From the IMG/VR virus record IMGVR_UViG_2534681762_000006: a DNA stretch of 20,129 nucleotides. One strand, 5' to 3'. The position numbers were made by a program, and so were the translations under genes. Numbering within the stretch: the stretch's first letter is position 1; each line of letters starts with the position of its first letter. Origin of the DNA: a virus. Taxonomy: Duplodnaviria > Heunggongvirae > Uroviricota > Caudoviricetes. Shown here piece after piece: positions 10,302 through 18,668 of this stretch. The notes below the pieces were generated by a model, which made no database searches, had not been told where the DNA came from, and saw only the letters and a program-made list of their open reading frames with translations.

Positions 10302-12158
10302 CTAGGTCTTTTTCTGCTCTGACATGACGTTATTCAGCGCCAGCGGATTATCGCCATACTGTTCCTTCAGGCGCTGTTCCGTGGCTTCCCGTTCTGCCTG
10401 CCGGTCAGTCAGCCCCCGGCTTTTCGCATCAATGGCGGCCCGTTTTGCCCGTTGCTGCTGTGCGAATTTATCCGCCTGCTGCGCCAGCGCGTTCAGGCGC
10501 TCCTGATACGTAACCTTGTCGCCAAGTGCAGCCAGCTGGCGTTTGTACTCCAGCGTCTCATCTTTATGCGCCAGCAGGGATTTCTCCTGTGCGGACAGCT
10601 GGCGACGTTGTGCCGCCTCCTCCAGTACCGCGAACTGACTTTCTGCCTTCCACAAATCCCGGCGCTGCTGGCTGATTTTCTCATTCGCTCCGGCATGCTT
10701 CTCCAGCGTCCGGAGTTCTGCCTGAAGCGTCAGCAGGGCAGCATGAGCACTGTCTTCCTGACGATCGCCCGCAGACACCTTCACGCCGGACTGTTTCGGC
10801 TTTTTCAGCGTCGCTTCATAATCCTTTTTCGCCGCCGCCATCAGCGTGTTGTAATCCGCCTGCAGGATTTTCCCGTCTTTCAGTGCCTTGTTCAGTTCTT
10901 CCTGACGGGCGGTATATTTCTCCAGCGGCGTCTGCAGCCGTTCGTAAGCCTTCTGCGCCTCTTCGGTATATTTCAGCCGTGACGCTTCGGTATCGCTCTG
11001 CTGCTGCGCATTTTTGTCCTGTTGAGTCTGCTGCTCAGCCTTCTTTCGGGCGGCTTCAAGCGCAAGACGGGCCTTTTCACGATCATCCCAGTAACGCGCC
11101 CGCGCTTCATCGTTAACAAAATAATCATCCTTGCGCAGATTCCAGATGTCGTCTGCTTTCTTAAACGCAGCCTCTGCCTTAATCAGCATCTCCTGCGCGG
11201 TATCAGGACGACCAATATCCAGCACCGCATCCCACATGGATTTGAATGCCCGTGCTGTCCTGTCTGCCCAGGTTTCCAGCGTGCCCATGTTCTCTTTCAA
11301 GCGTCGGGTCTGGTCATCAAACCCTTTCGTTGCGGCCTCGTTCGCCGCCTGCAATGCCCCGGCTTCATCGCCGGAACGCTGCAACTGAGCAACATACGCA
11401 ATCTGCTCCGCCGTCACGTTATGGAACTGGCGTGCCATCGCCGTCAGCCCCGACGTCGGGTCTGTGGTCAGCTTCCCGAAGGCTTCAGCGACCTTGTCCA
11501 CCTCCACGCCGGATGCAGAGGAGAAACGCGCCACACTCTGGCTGATGGACGCAATCTGAGCCTCACCGCTTACCCCCGCCTTAACCAGTGCGCTGAGTGA
11601 CTCGCTGGTCTGGTTAAACGTCAGCCCTGCCGCCTGCCCGGCTCTGGACAGGACCAGCATACGATCTGCCGTCAGTCCCGCCTGATTGCCGGAAAGGACC
11701 AGCGTTTTGTTGAAATCGGACAGGGTTGAGTTGCCCTGATACCAGGCATACGCCAGCGCTCCGGTCGCCACCGCCAGCGAGGTAGCCCCCACCATCGGCA
11801 GGGTGATCGCACCGGCAAGCCCCCGGAACATGGGGATCATCCCGCCGAAGGAGTCCTTCACCTGACCCCCCTGTTGCAGCAGGATCAGCCACGGACTTTG
11901 CCCGCCTGCAAGCTGCGTGGCCACGTCAGTGAACTGCGCAGGCAGCATACGCATGGCGGCTTTATACTGCCCGACGGAAATTCCCGCTTTCTGTGCAGCC
12001 AGCGCCTGCCGGTTCATCGACTGTTCAACGACTGCCGCTGTTTTTTTCGCATCACTTTCCGTACCGGAAAAATGACGCCTGACTCTGGCCATCTGCTCGT
12101 CAAATCTGGCCGCATCCAGACTCAAATCAACGACCAGATCGCCTACCGGTTCAGCCAT
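10302..12158 (-). CDS. H: tail tape measure protein H, N-terminal 618 codons, ending at an in-frame TAG (10302-10304)
   Basis: Starts MAEPVGDLVVDLSLDAARFDEQMARVRRHFSGTESDAKKTAAVVEQS. The segments total 618 + 1 + 234 = 853 codons, exactly the lambda gpH length. The stop sits where I recall Trp in lambda (...MSEQKKT-W-AAEDQL). Confidence 0.9.
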   Translation of the reverse strand: MAEPVGDLVVDLSLDAARFDEQMARVRRHFSGTESDAKKTAAVVEQSMNRQALAAQKAGISVGQYKAAMRMLPAQFTDVATQLAGGQSPWLILLQQGGQVKDSFGGMIPMFRGLAGAITLPMVGATSLAVATGALAYAWYQGNSTLSDFNKTLVLSGNQAGLTADRMLVLSRAGQAAGLTFNQTSESLSALVKAGVSGEAQIASISQSVARFSSASGVEVDKVAEAFGKLTTDPTSGLTAMARQFHNVTAEQIAYVAQLQRSGDEAGALQAANEAATKGFDDQTRRLKENMGTLETWADRTARAFKSMWDAVLDIGRPDTAQEMLIKAEAAFKKADDIWNLRKDDYFVNDEARARYWDDREKARLALEAARKKAEQQTQQDKNAQQQSDTEASRLKYTEEAQKAYERLQTPLEKYTARQEELNKALKDGKILQADYNTLMAAAKKDYEATLKKPKQSGVKVSAGDRQEDSAHAALLTLQAELRTLEKHAGANEKISQQRRDLWKAESQFAVLEEAAQRRQLSAQEKSLLAHKDETLEYKRQLAALGDKVTYQERLNALAQQADKFAQQQRAKRAAIDAKSRGLTDRQAEREATEQRLKEQYGDNPLALNNVMSEQKKT

Positions 12159-12585
12159 ACCGGACTCCTCCTGCGATCCCTTCTGATACTGTCATCAGCA
12201 TTACGTCATCCTCCGTCATGTCCGCCACATCCGGGGAAGCGGGGATAACTTCATTCCCGTCCGGGCCAAAGCGGACGCCTCCGGCAAGCCCTGCCGCTTT
12301 CTGCATCAGCACATCATCTTCAGGCTCTTCGTCAGCCTCGCGCCGGTTCAGCAGACTGAAATCCAGCGGATGCATATCCGGATCGCTGAAAAACAGGCTG
12401 AGTACGGTGTACGTCAGCCCGGAAAAGTGCATATCCAGCAGAACATCATGAAAATAATGGGTACTGTAAAAGCGGTGCCAGTCGGCATACTCCGTGGATG
12501 ACATCCCGGCAAGCATGGCGCGCCAGTCGGGTCGCCCCATCTCACGCGCCAGTTTCAGGGCAAAACTCAGCTCACCGTCGAACAC
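12151..12585 (-). CDS. T: T-frame of the tail assembly chaperone, expressed only as a G-T fusion by programmed -1 frameshifting (the listed start is an ORF-caller artefact)
   Basis: ORF translation (M)FDGELSFALKLAREMGRPDWRAMLAGMSSTEYADWHRFYSTHYFHDVLL matches the lambda T-frame. It overlaps H by 8 nt and G by 19 nt, as in lambda. Confidence 0.85.
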   Translation of the reverse strand: MFDGELSFALKLAREMGRPDWRAMLAGMSSTEYADWHRFYSTHYFHDVLLDMHFSGLTYTVLSLFFSDPDMHPLDFSLLNRREADEEPEDDVLMQKAAGLAGGVRFGPDGNEVIPASPDVADMTEDDVMLMTVSEGIAGGVRYG

Positions 12586-12989
12586 TTTCCCGCAGAAACA
12601 GGCTCTGCTGGCCCGGCGTCATCTGCCTGTTCAGGTGCATCATTCACAACAAACTCAGACATACCGGACAGACGCATTACCACATTTTCAGCCTGAGCAA
12701 TTGCCTCTGTGGGCCAGGTGGTAAGCACTTCCTGCTCAATTTGTTTAACGGCTTCATTCATGGACGGCATCTTTGTCTTCTGCGGATGGCTATGCCACAG
12801 GGACATCGCCACCAGAAAAGCACCGGTTCTGACGAGATCTTCCACGCTCACCTGTCGATTGAGACTGGATCCCGCCTGTTCTGCCTGTCGTTTCAGCAGG
12901 GCGAGATGCTCAATTCGCTGCAGGGCTGACAGTTCAGAAAGCGTGACGCTCACACCGTTATATTCAAATGATTCGGTTTTCAGGAACAT
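12567..12989 (-). CDS. G: tail assembly chaperone G
   Basis: 140 aa, the same length as lambda gpG: MFLKTESFEYNGVSVTLSELSALQRIEHLALLKRQAEQAGS... Confidence 0.9.
   Translation of the reverse strand: MFLKTESFEYNGVSVTLSELSALQRIEHLALLKRQAEQAGSSLNRQVSVEDLVRTGAFLVAMSLWHSHPQKTKMPSMNEAVKQIEQEVLTTWPTEAIAQAENVVMRLSGMSEFVVNDAPEQADDAGPAEPVSAGKCSTVS
12585..12591 (-). other. programmed -1 ribosomal frameshift slippery heptamer G_GGA_AAG (G to G-T fusion)
   Basis: Plus-strand ctttccc at 12585-12591 is GGGAAAG on the minus strand. In the G frame the codons are GCG GGA AAG UGU; after a -1 slip the reading is GGG AAA GUG UUC GAC..., giving the T-frame sequence VFDGELSF. Confidence 0.85.
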
Positions 12990-13004
12990 CGCTGACTCTC
13001 CGGA

Positions 13005-13745
13005 TTAACTGTCGGTGACGGTGATTTCTGCAACCACAGCAAGTTCACCATTACCGGATACAACCGGAATGTTGACCTTGCCTGCAGCAACACCTTTCAC
13101 GGTGATGGTCATACCACTGACCGACACGGTGGCTTTTGTTTTATCCGCAGACACCGCACGGAAGCTCTTGTCGGTTGCGCCTTCCGGCTGGAATGCCACG
13201 GTCAGCGTGGTGCTCTGCCCTTTCACCACCGAAGTGCTGGCAGGCGTCACGGTCATGCCGGTTGCCGCTGTTACCGTGCTGCGATCTTCTGCCATCGACG
13301 GACGTCCCACGTTGGTGACTTTCACCGTGCGGGTGATCACTTCCTTCGCCGTCACCGCCTTACCGATACTGCTGACCCAGCCGCGAAACACATCGACCGT
13401 GCCGTTCGGGAAGCGGATTTTATAGGCACGGGTATCCCCTTCATTAAACCACGCCAGCAGCGCCTGCTGCCCCTGCTCTCCGGGCATCCACGCCAGCGTG
13501 AAGCTGGTATCTCCGGCAGATTTCTGCCCCTGCCCGGTCGCAGTCCAGTCCGCATCTTCATCATCGAGATAGCTGTCGTCATAGGACTCAGCGGTCAGTT
13601 CGCCGGGCGTCAGGTCTTTAACTTTAGCCAGACGCGACCAGTCAACGTCTGAAAGCGGGTTCGCATAAGGGTCACCGTTCCCCTTATAAACCCACAGTGT
13701 GGTCCCGGCCCCTTTCACCGGCATTACTGGATTTGGTACAGGCAT
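13005..13745 (-). CDS. V: major tail tube protein V
   Basis: Start chosen at ATG 13743-13745 ([22 protein letters not shown]...), giving 246 aa as in lambda gpV. The ORF track extends to an upstream ATG at 13775, which would overlap U. GAGGA Shine-Dalgarno 4 nt upstream. Confidence 0.88.
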   Translation of the reverse strand: MPVPNPVMPVKGAGTTLWVYKGNGDPYANPLSDVDWSRLAKVKDLTPGELTAESYDDSYLDDEDADWTATGQGQKSAGDTSFTLAWMPGEQGQQALLAWFNEGDTRAYKIRFPNGTVDVFRGWVSSIGKAVTAKEVITRTVKVTNVGRPSMAEDRSTVTAATGMTVTPASTSVVKGQSTTLTVAFQPEGATDKSFRAVSADKTKATVSVSGMTITVKGVAAGKVNIPVVSGNGELAVVAEITVTDS

Positions 13746-13752
13746 AGCGTCC

Positions 13753-14148
13753 TCACATTTCATAGGTAATGACATAAGTCAGATCGGCTGAACTCCACAG
13801 GCCCGCATCATCGTCGCGCCGGTAGTCATAGCCACTGGCCACCAAACTGGTGATCAAATCTGACAGTGCCGGGACATCGCTCATCACCGGATAAATCCGG
13901 GACTCCATCCACGAATCCAGCTCTGAATCCGGCACCTGAGCAGGCAGGAAAACTTCAATATGCAGCTCCGCCTGCCAGGTATCACTGTCCAGCTCTTCGC
14001 CCGTGTATTCAGCGCCGGTGAGATAAACGGCAATTGCCGGAAAATCCGCCTCATCAAAAACAGCGGGGCGACCATCAAAAAGCGTCGCCCCGGTGTCATG
14101 CTTCTCCAGTGCATCCAGTACGGCTGCACGGAGTTCAGTATGTTTCAT
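13753..14148 (-). CDS. U: tail terminator protein U
   Basis: 131 aa, the same length as lambda gpU: [54 protein letters not shown]... Overlaps Z by 4 nt. Confidence 0.9.
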   Translation of the reverse strand: MKHTELRAAVLDALEKHDTGATLFDGRPAVFDEADFPAIAVYLTGAEYTGEELDSDTWQAELHIEVFLPAQVPDSELDSWMESRIYPVMSDVPALSDLITSLVASGYDYRRDDDAGLWSSADLTYVITYEM

Positions 14149-14723
14149 CGCTTTATTACCATTCTCAGTTGATGCTGCAGCGCATAGCCCAGCTCTTTCG
14201 GAAGACGTTCACGCCGTATCCGTTCAATATTCTGTTTAAACGCCGTGGTAAGCGGCACCGCCATCGGGATTTTCACCACATCAATGGGGTAACGGTTTTT
14301 CCCGGCCACACGCTGCATGACATGCCACCGGCCATTTTTCAGTTGCTGAATAAACGCGCCGGGAATACGACGGTTTCCCACCACAAGCACGCTGCCGCCA
14401 CCTTTCAGGGATGAACGCTGCCCCTTTTTACGACGTCTGCGGCGGGAAAGGACAACCCGCGCGTTACCCAGCTTGATTACGGGCAAATCCCCCCGGTTAA
14501 CCCTGATTCTGGCCTGCGGATTTTTGACCGTGGCCCTTTTCAGCCTGGCCCTTTCCTTTACCAGTTTCCGGCGTACCTTTGTCTCACGGGCAACCTGTGA
14601 CGCAGACTGCGATATCGCGGATGACGCAACGCGGTTAATGGCCATTGCGGCGGCACCAGGCACCGCCGTTTTGCTGATACGGCTGAGGTTTTCAACGGCC
14701 TGCTCAAGACCTTTTATGGCCAT
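14145..14723 (-). CDS. Z: tail completion (head-tail joining) protein Z
   Basis: 192 aa, the same length as lambda gpZ. Confidence 0.88.
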   Translation of the reverse strand: MAIKGLEQAVENLSRISKTAVPGAAAMAINRVASSAISQSASQVARETKVRRKLVKERARLKRATVKNPQARIRVNRGDLPVIKLGNARVVLSRRRRRKKGQRSSLKGGGSVLVVGNRRIPGAFIQQLKNGRWHVMQRVAGKNRYPIDVVKIPMAVPLTTAFKQNIERIRRERLPKELGYALQHQLRMVIKR

Positions 14724-14734
14724 ACATCCCCCTT

Positions 14735-15088
14735 TCAGCGGCGACGGTTAACGGCAGGCGGCACGCCACGCCCAAGCCAGAGATGACAGCTTCCGCCATC
14801 ATCCGGCGAAATCCGGTCCACCCAGAAGTTTTCCTCGCCGATGGTCAGCGTGTCGCCGCGCCGCAGCTGCCGCACATCATCAGTCCGGACAAACAGGGAC
14901 GGGCTGGAGCCTTCAACGCGCACCCCCTGTCCGGCATAGCTGATATTTTCAGGGTCATCAAAAACACCACGTATCACAGCACCGGACAGCTCACCGGATG
15001 TCATGGTGGCTGACGTTCCCATGTACCCGCGTATCGTTTCATCGGCGCGGGCAATGGCAGCATCGAACAGGTTATCGGAATCAGCCAC
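14735..15088 (-). CDS. FII: head-tail connector protein FII
   Basis: 117 aa, the same length as lambda gpFII: MADSDNLFDAAIARADETIRGYMGTSATMTSGELSGAVIRGVFDDPENISYAG... Confidence 0.88.
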   Translation of the reverse strand: MADSDNLFDAAIARADETIRGYMGTSATMTSGELSGAVIRGVFDDPENISYAGQGVRVEGSSPSLFVRTDDVRQLRRGDTLTIGEENFWVDRISPDDGGSCHLWLGRGVPPAVNRRR

Positions 15089-15099
15089 AGCGCCTCCCG

Positions 15100-15498
15100 T
15101 TATTGCATTCTGGCCAGGCCATGTTCTGTCATTTCGGCTGCCACACCGGCAGAGACACGAAACGCCGTTCCCGGCAGCACAAATGCCACAGGCTCATCCC
15201 GCGTGGCGTGAAGTGCATCAGTATGCAGCGTCACCAGTGCCACGACCGTGACCAGAGCAGCCGTATCAATCACGGTATCCGGCTGCGCTGATACCACCTC
15301 ATTTTCATGTCCGGTCAGCGCATTTTCCGGGCTGACAGATGTGTCCTGACCGGCAGCGTCATCCGTGTCATCAAGCTCCTCTTCCAGCTCTGCCACACGG
15401 AGCACCAGTTCTTCTTTCGTCCCCGTCAGGCTGACATCACGGTTCAGTTGTTCACCCAGCGAGCGGAGACGGGCAATCAGTTCATCTTTCGTCATGGA
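15100..15498 (-). CDS. FI: DNA packaging / head assembly protein FI
   Basis: Start chosen at ATG 15496-15498 (MTKDELIARLRSLGEQLNRDVSLTGTKEEL...), giving 132 aa as in lambda gpFI, with a GGAGGAG Shine-Dalgarno upstream. The ORF track starts 12 codons further upstream. Confidence 0.88.
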   Translation of the reverse strand, partial: SMTKDELIARLRSLGEQLNRDVSLTGTKEELVLRVAELEEELDDTDDAAGQDTSVSPENALTGHENEVVSAQPDTVIDTAALVTVVALVTLHTDALHATRDEPVAFVLPGTAFRVSAGVAAEMTEHGLARMQ

Positions 15499-15516
15499 CT
15501 CCTCCACAGAGAGAAA

Positions 15517-15534
15517 ATGGCCCCGAAGGGCCAT
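15517..15534 (-). other. E-FI intergenic hairpin with a UUCG tetraloop
   Basis: Stem atggccc (15517-15523) pairs with gggccat (15528-15534). The plus-strand loop cgaa is UUCG on the minus-strand mRNA, closed by a C-G pair. It is followed by UUUCUCUCU and the FI Shine-Dalgarno. Confidence 0.5.
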
Positions 15535-15536
15535 GA

Positions 15537-15572
15537 TTACGCCAGTTGTACGGACACGAACTCATCAGGATC
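15537..15572 (-). pseudogene. E: 3-prime remnant of major capsid gene E (last 11 codons DPDEFVSVQLA plus stop), separated from the rest of E by the IS66 insertion
   Basis: Hand translation of the minus strand gives GAT CCT GAT GAG TTC GTG TCC GTA CAA CTG GCG TAA. It is contiguous with the E fragment at 18661.. once the IS and one TSD copy are removed. Confidence 0.85.
15565..15572. repeat. target-site duplication TCAGGATC, left copy
   Basis: Identical 8-mer immediately outside both IS ends. Removing the IS and one copy rebuilds an uninterrupted E sequence (gaactcatcaggatcagccaacag on the plus strand). Confidence 0.9.
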
Positions 15573-15657
15573 GTAACCGTCTCATTTAAACCGTCTTTCG
15601 CCTCCCTTTCCTGTTTCCGATACTAATGTCCATTTTCGCAGTAAAGGGACATTTAAG

Positions 15658-16308
15658 ATGAATGCACGAAAAGCGGTACTGGCAGACAATCCGGAATTGA
15701 TCCTGCGTGTGCTACAACTGAGATTTGACGAGTCACTGTCGTACCCGCGCATTTCTGCGCAGACCGGTATCAGCAAAACCGCCATTTTTTCTCTGGTGAG
15801 GCGATTTCACCAGGTATTCACTGACTGGCCTCTTTCCGGAGAATATTCCTGCGTGCAACTGGCCCGGGCTCTGTTCCCGGGGCGATACCCTTCAGCCCCG
15901 ACAGTGACTCAGCCTGTGAAAACAGAGAAAATCCGCCGGAACCGATTTTCACCGGAGTTTAAATGGAGGCTTGTTCAGCAAACTCTTTTACCCGGTGCCT
16001 GTGTCGCACAAATAGCTCGTGAGAACGGAATCAACGATAACCTGCTCTTTAACTGGCGGCATCTCTGGCGTAACGGCGGCCTGCAGCCGACCGGCGAACA
16101 TGAAACATCGCTACTTCCCGTGACGTTAACTCCGGAGCCGGATAATAAAATCCCGGCACCAGTGCAGATACCTGAACAGATAAATACACCGCCCGACAGT
16201 CTGTGCTGTGAGCTGGTTCTGCCGGCCGGAACTCTCAGGCTGAAAGGTGAACTGACACCGGCGTTATTACAGACACTTATCCGCGAAATGAAAGGGAGCA
16301 GCCACTAA
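15658..16308 (+). CDS. tnpA: IS66-family accessory protein TnpA (Orf1), helix-turn-helix
   Basis: 216-aa ORF, first gene of the IS. Its stop overlaps the tnpB start (ATGA). Contains a transposase-like helix-turn-helix region (RRNRFSPEFKWRLVQQTLLPGACVAQIARENGINDNLLFNWR). Confidence 0.75.
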   Translation: MNARKAVLADNPELILRVLQLRFDESLSYPRISAQTGISKTAIFSLVRRFHQVFTDWPLSGEYSCVQLARALFPGRYPSAPTVTQPVKTEKIRRNRFSPEFKWRLVQQTLLPGACVAQIARENGINDNLLFNWRHLWRNGGLQPTGEHETSLLPVTLTPEPDNKIPAPVQIPEQINTPPDSLCCELVLPAGTLRLKGELTPALLQTLIREMKGSSH

Positions 16309-16655
16309 TGATATCTCTCCCTGCCGGTTCGCGTATCTGGCTGGTTGCCGGTATCACCGACATGCGAAATGGTTTTAACGGCCTGGCATCAAAAGTTCAG
16401 AACGTCCTGAAGGATGACCCGTTCTCCGGGCATCTGTTCATCTTCCGCGGACGCCGGGGTGACCAGATAAAAGTGTTGTGGGCTGACAGTGACGGACTGT
16501 GCCTCTTCACCAAACGCCTGGAGCGGGGCCGCTTCGTCTGGCCGGTTACCCGTGACGGCAAGGTGCACCTTACTCCGGCTCAGTTATCTATGCTTCTTGA
16601 AGGTATCAACTGGAAGCACCCGAAACGAACGGAACGCGCTGGCATCCGCATATAA
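16308..16655 (+). CDS. tnpB: IS66-family protein TnpB (Orf2)
   Basis: 115 aa: MISLPAGSRIWLVAGITDMRNGFNGLASKVQNVLKDDPFSGHLFIFRGRRGDQIKVLWADSDGLCLFTKRLERGRFVWP, the typical IS66 Orf2. Confidence 0.88.
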   Translation: MISLPAGSRIWLVAGITDMRNGFNGLASKVQNVLKDDPFSGHLFIFRGRRGDQIKVLWADSDGLCLFTKRLERGRFVWPVTRDGKVHLTPAQLSMLLEGINWKHPKRTERAGIRI

Positions 16656-16674
16656 CCCGTTGTAAAGTGAGGAT

Positions 16675-18228
16675 ATGGACACCTCACTTGCTCATGAGAA
16701 TGCCCGCCTGCGGGCACTGTTGCAGACGCAACAGGACACCATCCGCCAGATGGCGAAATACAACCGCCTGCTCTCACAGCGGGTGGCGGCTTATGCTTCC
16801 GAAATCAACCGGCTGAAGGCGCTGGTTGCGAAACTGCAGCGCATGCAGTTCGGTAAAAGCTCAGAAAAACTTCGCGCTAAAACCGAACGGCAGATACAGG
16901 AAGCCCAGGAGCGAATCAGCGCACTTCAGGAAGAAATGGCGGAAACGCTGGGTGAGCAATATGACCCGGTACTGCCATCCGCCCTGCGCCAGTCTTCAGC
17001 CCGTAAGCCGTTACCGGCCTCACTTCCCCGTGAAACCCGGGTCATCCGGCCGGAAGAGGAATGCTGCCCGGCCTGTGGTGGTGACCTCAGTCCTCTGGGG
17101 TGTGATGTGTCAGAGCAACTGGAGCTTATCAGCAGCGCTTTTAAGGTTATCGAAACACAACGTCCGAAACTGGCCTGTTGCCGGTGCGACCATATCGTGC
17201 AGGCACCAGTACCTTCAAAACCCATTGCACGCAGTTATGCCGGAGCGGGGCTTCTGGCTCATATCGTCACCGGGAAGTATGCAGACCATCTGCCGTTATA
17301 CCGCCAGTCAGAAATATACCTTCGTCAGGGCGTGGAACTGAGCCGCGCCACGCTGGGGCGCTGGACCGGTGCCGTTGCTGAACTGCTGGAGCCGCTGTAT
17401 GACGTGCTGCGCCAGTATGTGCTGATGCCCGGTAAAGTCCATGCGGATGATATCCCCGTTCCGGTCCAGGAGCCGGGCAGTGGTAAAACAAGAACTGCCC
17501 GGCTGTGGGTCTATGTCCGTGATGACCGTAACGCCGGTTCACAGATGCCCCCGGCGGTCTGGTTCGCGTACAGCCCGGACCGGAAAGGTATCCATCCACA
17601 GAATCACCTGGCCGGTTACAGCGGTGTGCTTCAGGCAGATGCTTACGGTGGTTACCGGGCGTTATACGAATCCGGCAGAATAACGGAAGCCGCGTGTATG
17701 GCCCATGCCCGGAGAAAAATCCACGATGTGCATGCAAGAGTGCCAACCGACATCACCACGGAAGCCCTGCAGCGTATCGGTGAACTGTATGTCATCGAGG
17801 CAGAAGTCCGGGGATGTTCAGCAGAACAGCGTCTGGCAGCAAGAAAAGCCAGAGCGGCTCCACTGATGCAGTCACTGTATGACTGGATACAGGAACAGAT
17901 GAAAACACTGTCGCGTCACTCGGATACGGCAAAAGCGTTCGCATACCTGCTGAAACAGTGGGAGGCCCTGAACGTGTACTGCAGTAATGGCTGGGTGGAA
18001 ATCGACAACAACATCGCAGAGAACGCCTTACGGGGAGTGGCCGTAGGCCGGAGAAACTGGCTCTTCGCGGGTTCCGACAGCGGTGGCGAACATGCGGCGG
18101 TGTTGTACTCGCTGATCGGCACATGCCGTCTGAACAATGTAGAGTCCAGAAAAATGGCTTGCGTTACGTTATTGAGCATATCCAGGACTGGCCGGCAAAC
18201 CGGGTACGCGAATCTGTTGCCCTGGTAA
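16675..18228 (+). CDS. tnpC: IS66-family DDE transposase TnpC, C-terminus frameshifted inside the first unit of the tandem duplication
   Basis: 517-aa ORF with an N-terminal coiled-coil and a CxxC...CxxC zinc-ribbon-like motif (CPACGG...CCRCDH). It ends ...[34 protein letters not shown], whereas the duplicated unit and the second IS copy read ...[37 protein letters not shown](T/S)SQ. Confidence 0.88.
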   Translation: MDTSLAHENARLRALLQTQQDTIRQMAKYNRLLSQRVAAYASEINRLKALVAKLQRMQFGKSSEKLRAKTERQIQEAQERISALQEEMAETLGEQYDPVLPSALRQSSARKPLPASLPRETRVIRPEEECCPACGGDLSPLGCDVSEQLELISSAFKVIETQRPKLACCRCDHIVQAPVPSKPIARSYAGAGLLAHIVTGKYADHLPLYRQSEIYLRQGVELSRATLGRWTGAVAELLEPLYDVLRQYVLMPGKVHADDIPVPVQEPGSGKTRTARLWVYVRDDRNAGSQMPPAVWFAYSPDRKGIHPQNHLAGYSGVLQADAYGGYRALYESGRITEAACMAHARRKIHDVHARVPTDITTEALQRIGELYVIEAEVRGCSAEQRLAARKARAAPLMQSLYDWIQEQMKTLSRHSDTAKAFAYLLKQWEALNVYCSNGWVEIDNNIAENALRGVAVGRRNWLFAGSDSGGEHAAVLYSLIGTCRLNNVESRKMACVTLLSISRTGRQTGYANLLPW

Positions 18229-18660
18229 AGTTGATCTGACTTCTCAGTAAATATCAATACGGTTCTGGCGAGCCGCTTACAGATGAAAACACTGTCGCGT
18301 CACTCGGATACGGCAAAAGCGTTCGCATACCTGCTGAAACAGTGGGAGGCCCTGAACGTGTACTGCAGTAATGGCTGGGTGGAAATCGACAACAACATCG
18401 CAGAGAACGCCTTACGGGGAGTGGCCGTAGGCCGGAAAAACTGGCTCTTCGCGGGTTCCGACAGCGGTGGCGAACATGCGGCGGTGTTGTACTCGCTGAT
18501 CGGCACATGCCGTCTGAACAATGTAGAGCCAGAAAAATGGCTGCGTTACGTTATTGAGCATATCCAGGACTGGCCGGCAAACCGGGTACGCGATCTGTTG
18601 CCCTGGAAAGTTGATCTGACTTCTCAGTAAATATCAATACGGTTCTGGCGAGCCGCTTAC
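17897..18660 (+). repeat. direct tandem duplication of the IS66 right end: unit 1 at 17897..18280 (384 bp) and unit 2 at 18281..18660 (380 bp), each ending in the right inverted repeat
   Basis: Unit 2 repeats unit 1 from agatgaaaacactgtcgcgtcactcgg through gagccgcttac. Unit 1 differs by four 1-nt insertions (gagtccag vs gagccag; ggcttgcg vs ggctgcg; gcgaatctg vs gcgatctg; ccctggtaaag vs ccctggaaag) and one substitution (ggagaaactgg vs ggaaaaactgg). Confidence 0.9.
18283..18630 (+). CDS. TnpC C-terminal fragment (115 aa) encoded by duplication unit 2; an intact version of the transposase C-terminus
   Basis: [115 protein letters not shown]. Near-identical to the C-terminus of the second IS copy. 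Confidence 0.7.
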   Translation: MKTLSRHSDTAKAFAYLLKQWEALNVYCSNGWVEIDNNIAENALRGVAVGRKNWLFAGSDSGGEHAAVLYSLIGTCRLNNVEPEKWLRYVIEHIQDWPANRVRDLLPWKVDLTSQ

Positions 18661-18668
18661 TCAGGATC
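18661..18668. repeat. target-site duplication TCAGGATC, right copy
   Basis: See the left copy. 8 bp is the characteristic target-site duplication length for IS66-family elements. Confidence 0.9.

Larger units (their letters stand above)
15573..18660 (+). mobile_element. IS66-family insertion sequence, complete, 3088 bp including an internal ~380-bp tandem duplication of its right end; inserted in the 3-prime end of E
   Basis: Carries tnpA, tnpB and tnpC in the IS66 arrangement. Imperfect terminal inverted repeats start GTAACCG (left) and GTAAGCG (right, as reverse complement). Flanked by a perfect 8-bp direct repeat, TCAGGATC, at 15565-15572 and 18661-18668. Confidence 0.9.

Noticed and set aside
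10302-10304. TAG in H and TGA in J as deliberately recoded or suppressor-dependent codons (for example laboratory amber alleles)
   Set aside because: Nothing in the sequence supports reassigned stop codons. The other 25+ genes end at ordinary stops, and the surrounding genes are not identical to laboratory lambda (lom, stf and the J C-terminus differ). Natural nonsense mutation or base-call error is more economical, though readthrough cannot be excluded.
12151-12585. T as an independently initiated gene
   Set aside because: The apparent start is a GTG inside the slippery site. In lambda-like phages the T frame is expressed only as a G-T fusion by -1 frameshifting, and the GGGAAAG heptamer is conserved here.
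17792-18508. Two near-identical minus-strand ORFs (17792..18124 and 18254..18508) as a possible duplicated small gene
   Set aside because: They are antisense to the tnpC 3-prime end and are identical only because they lie in the two units of the IS66 tandem duplication.
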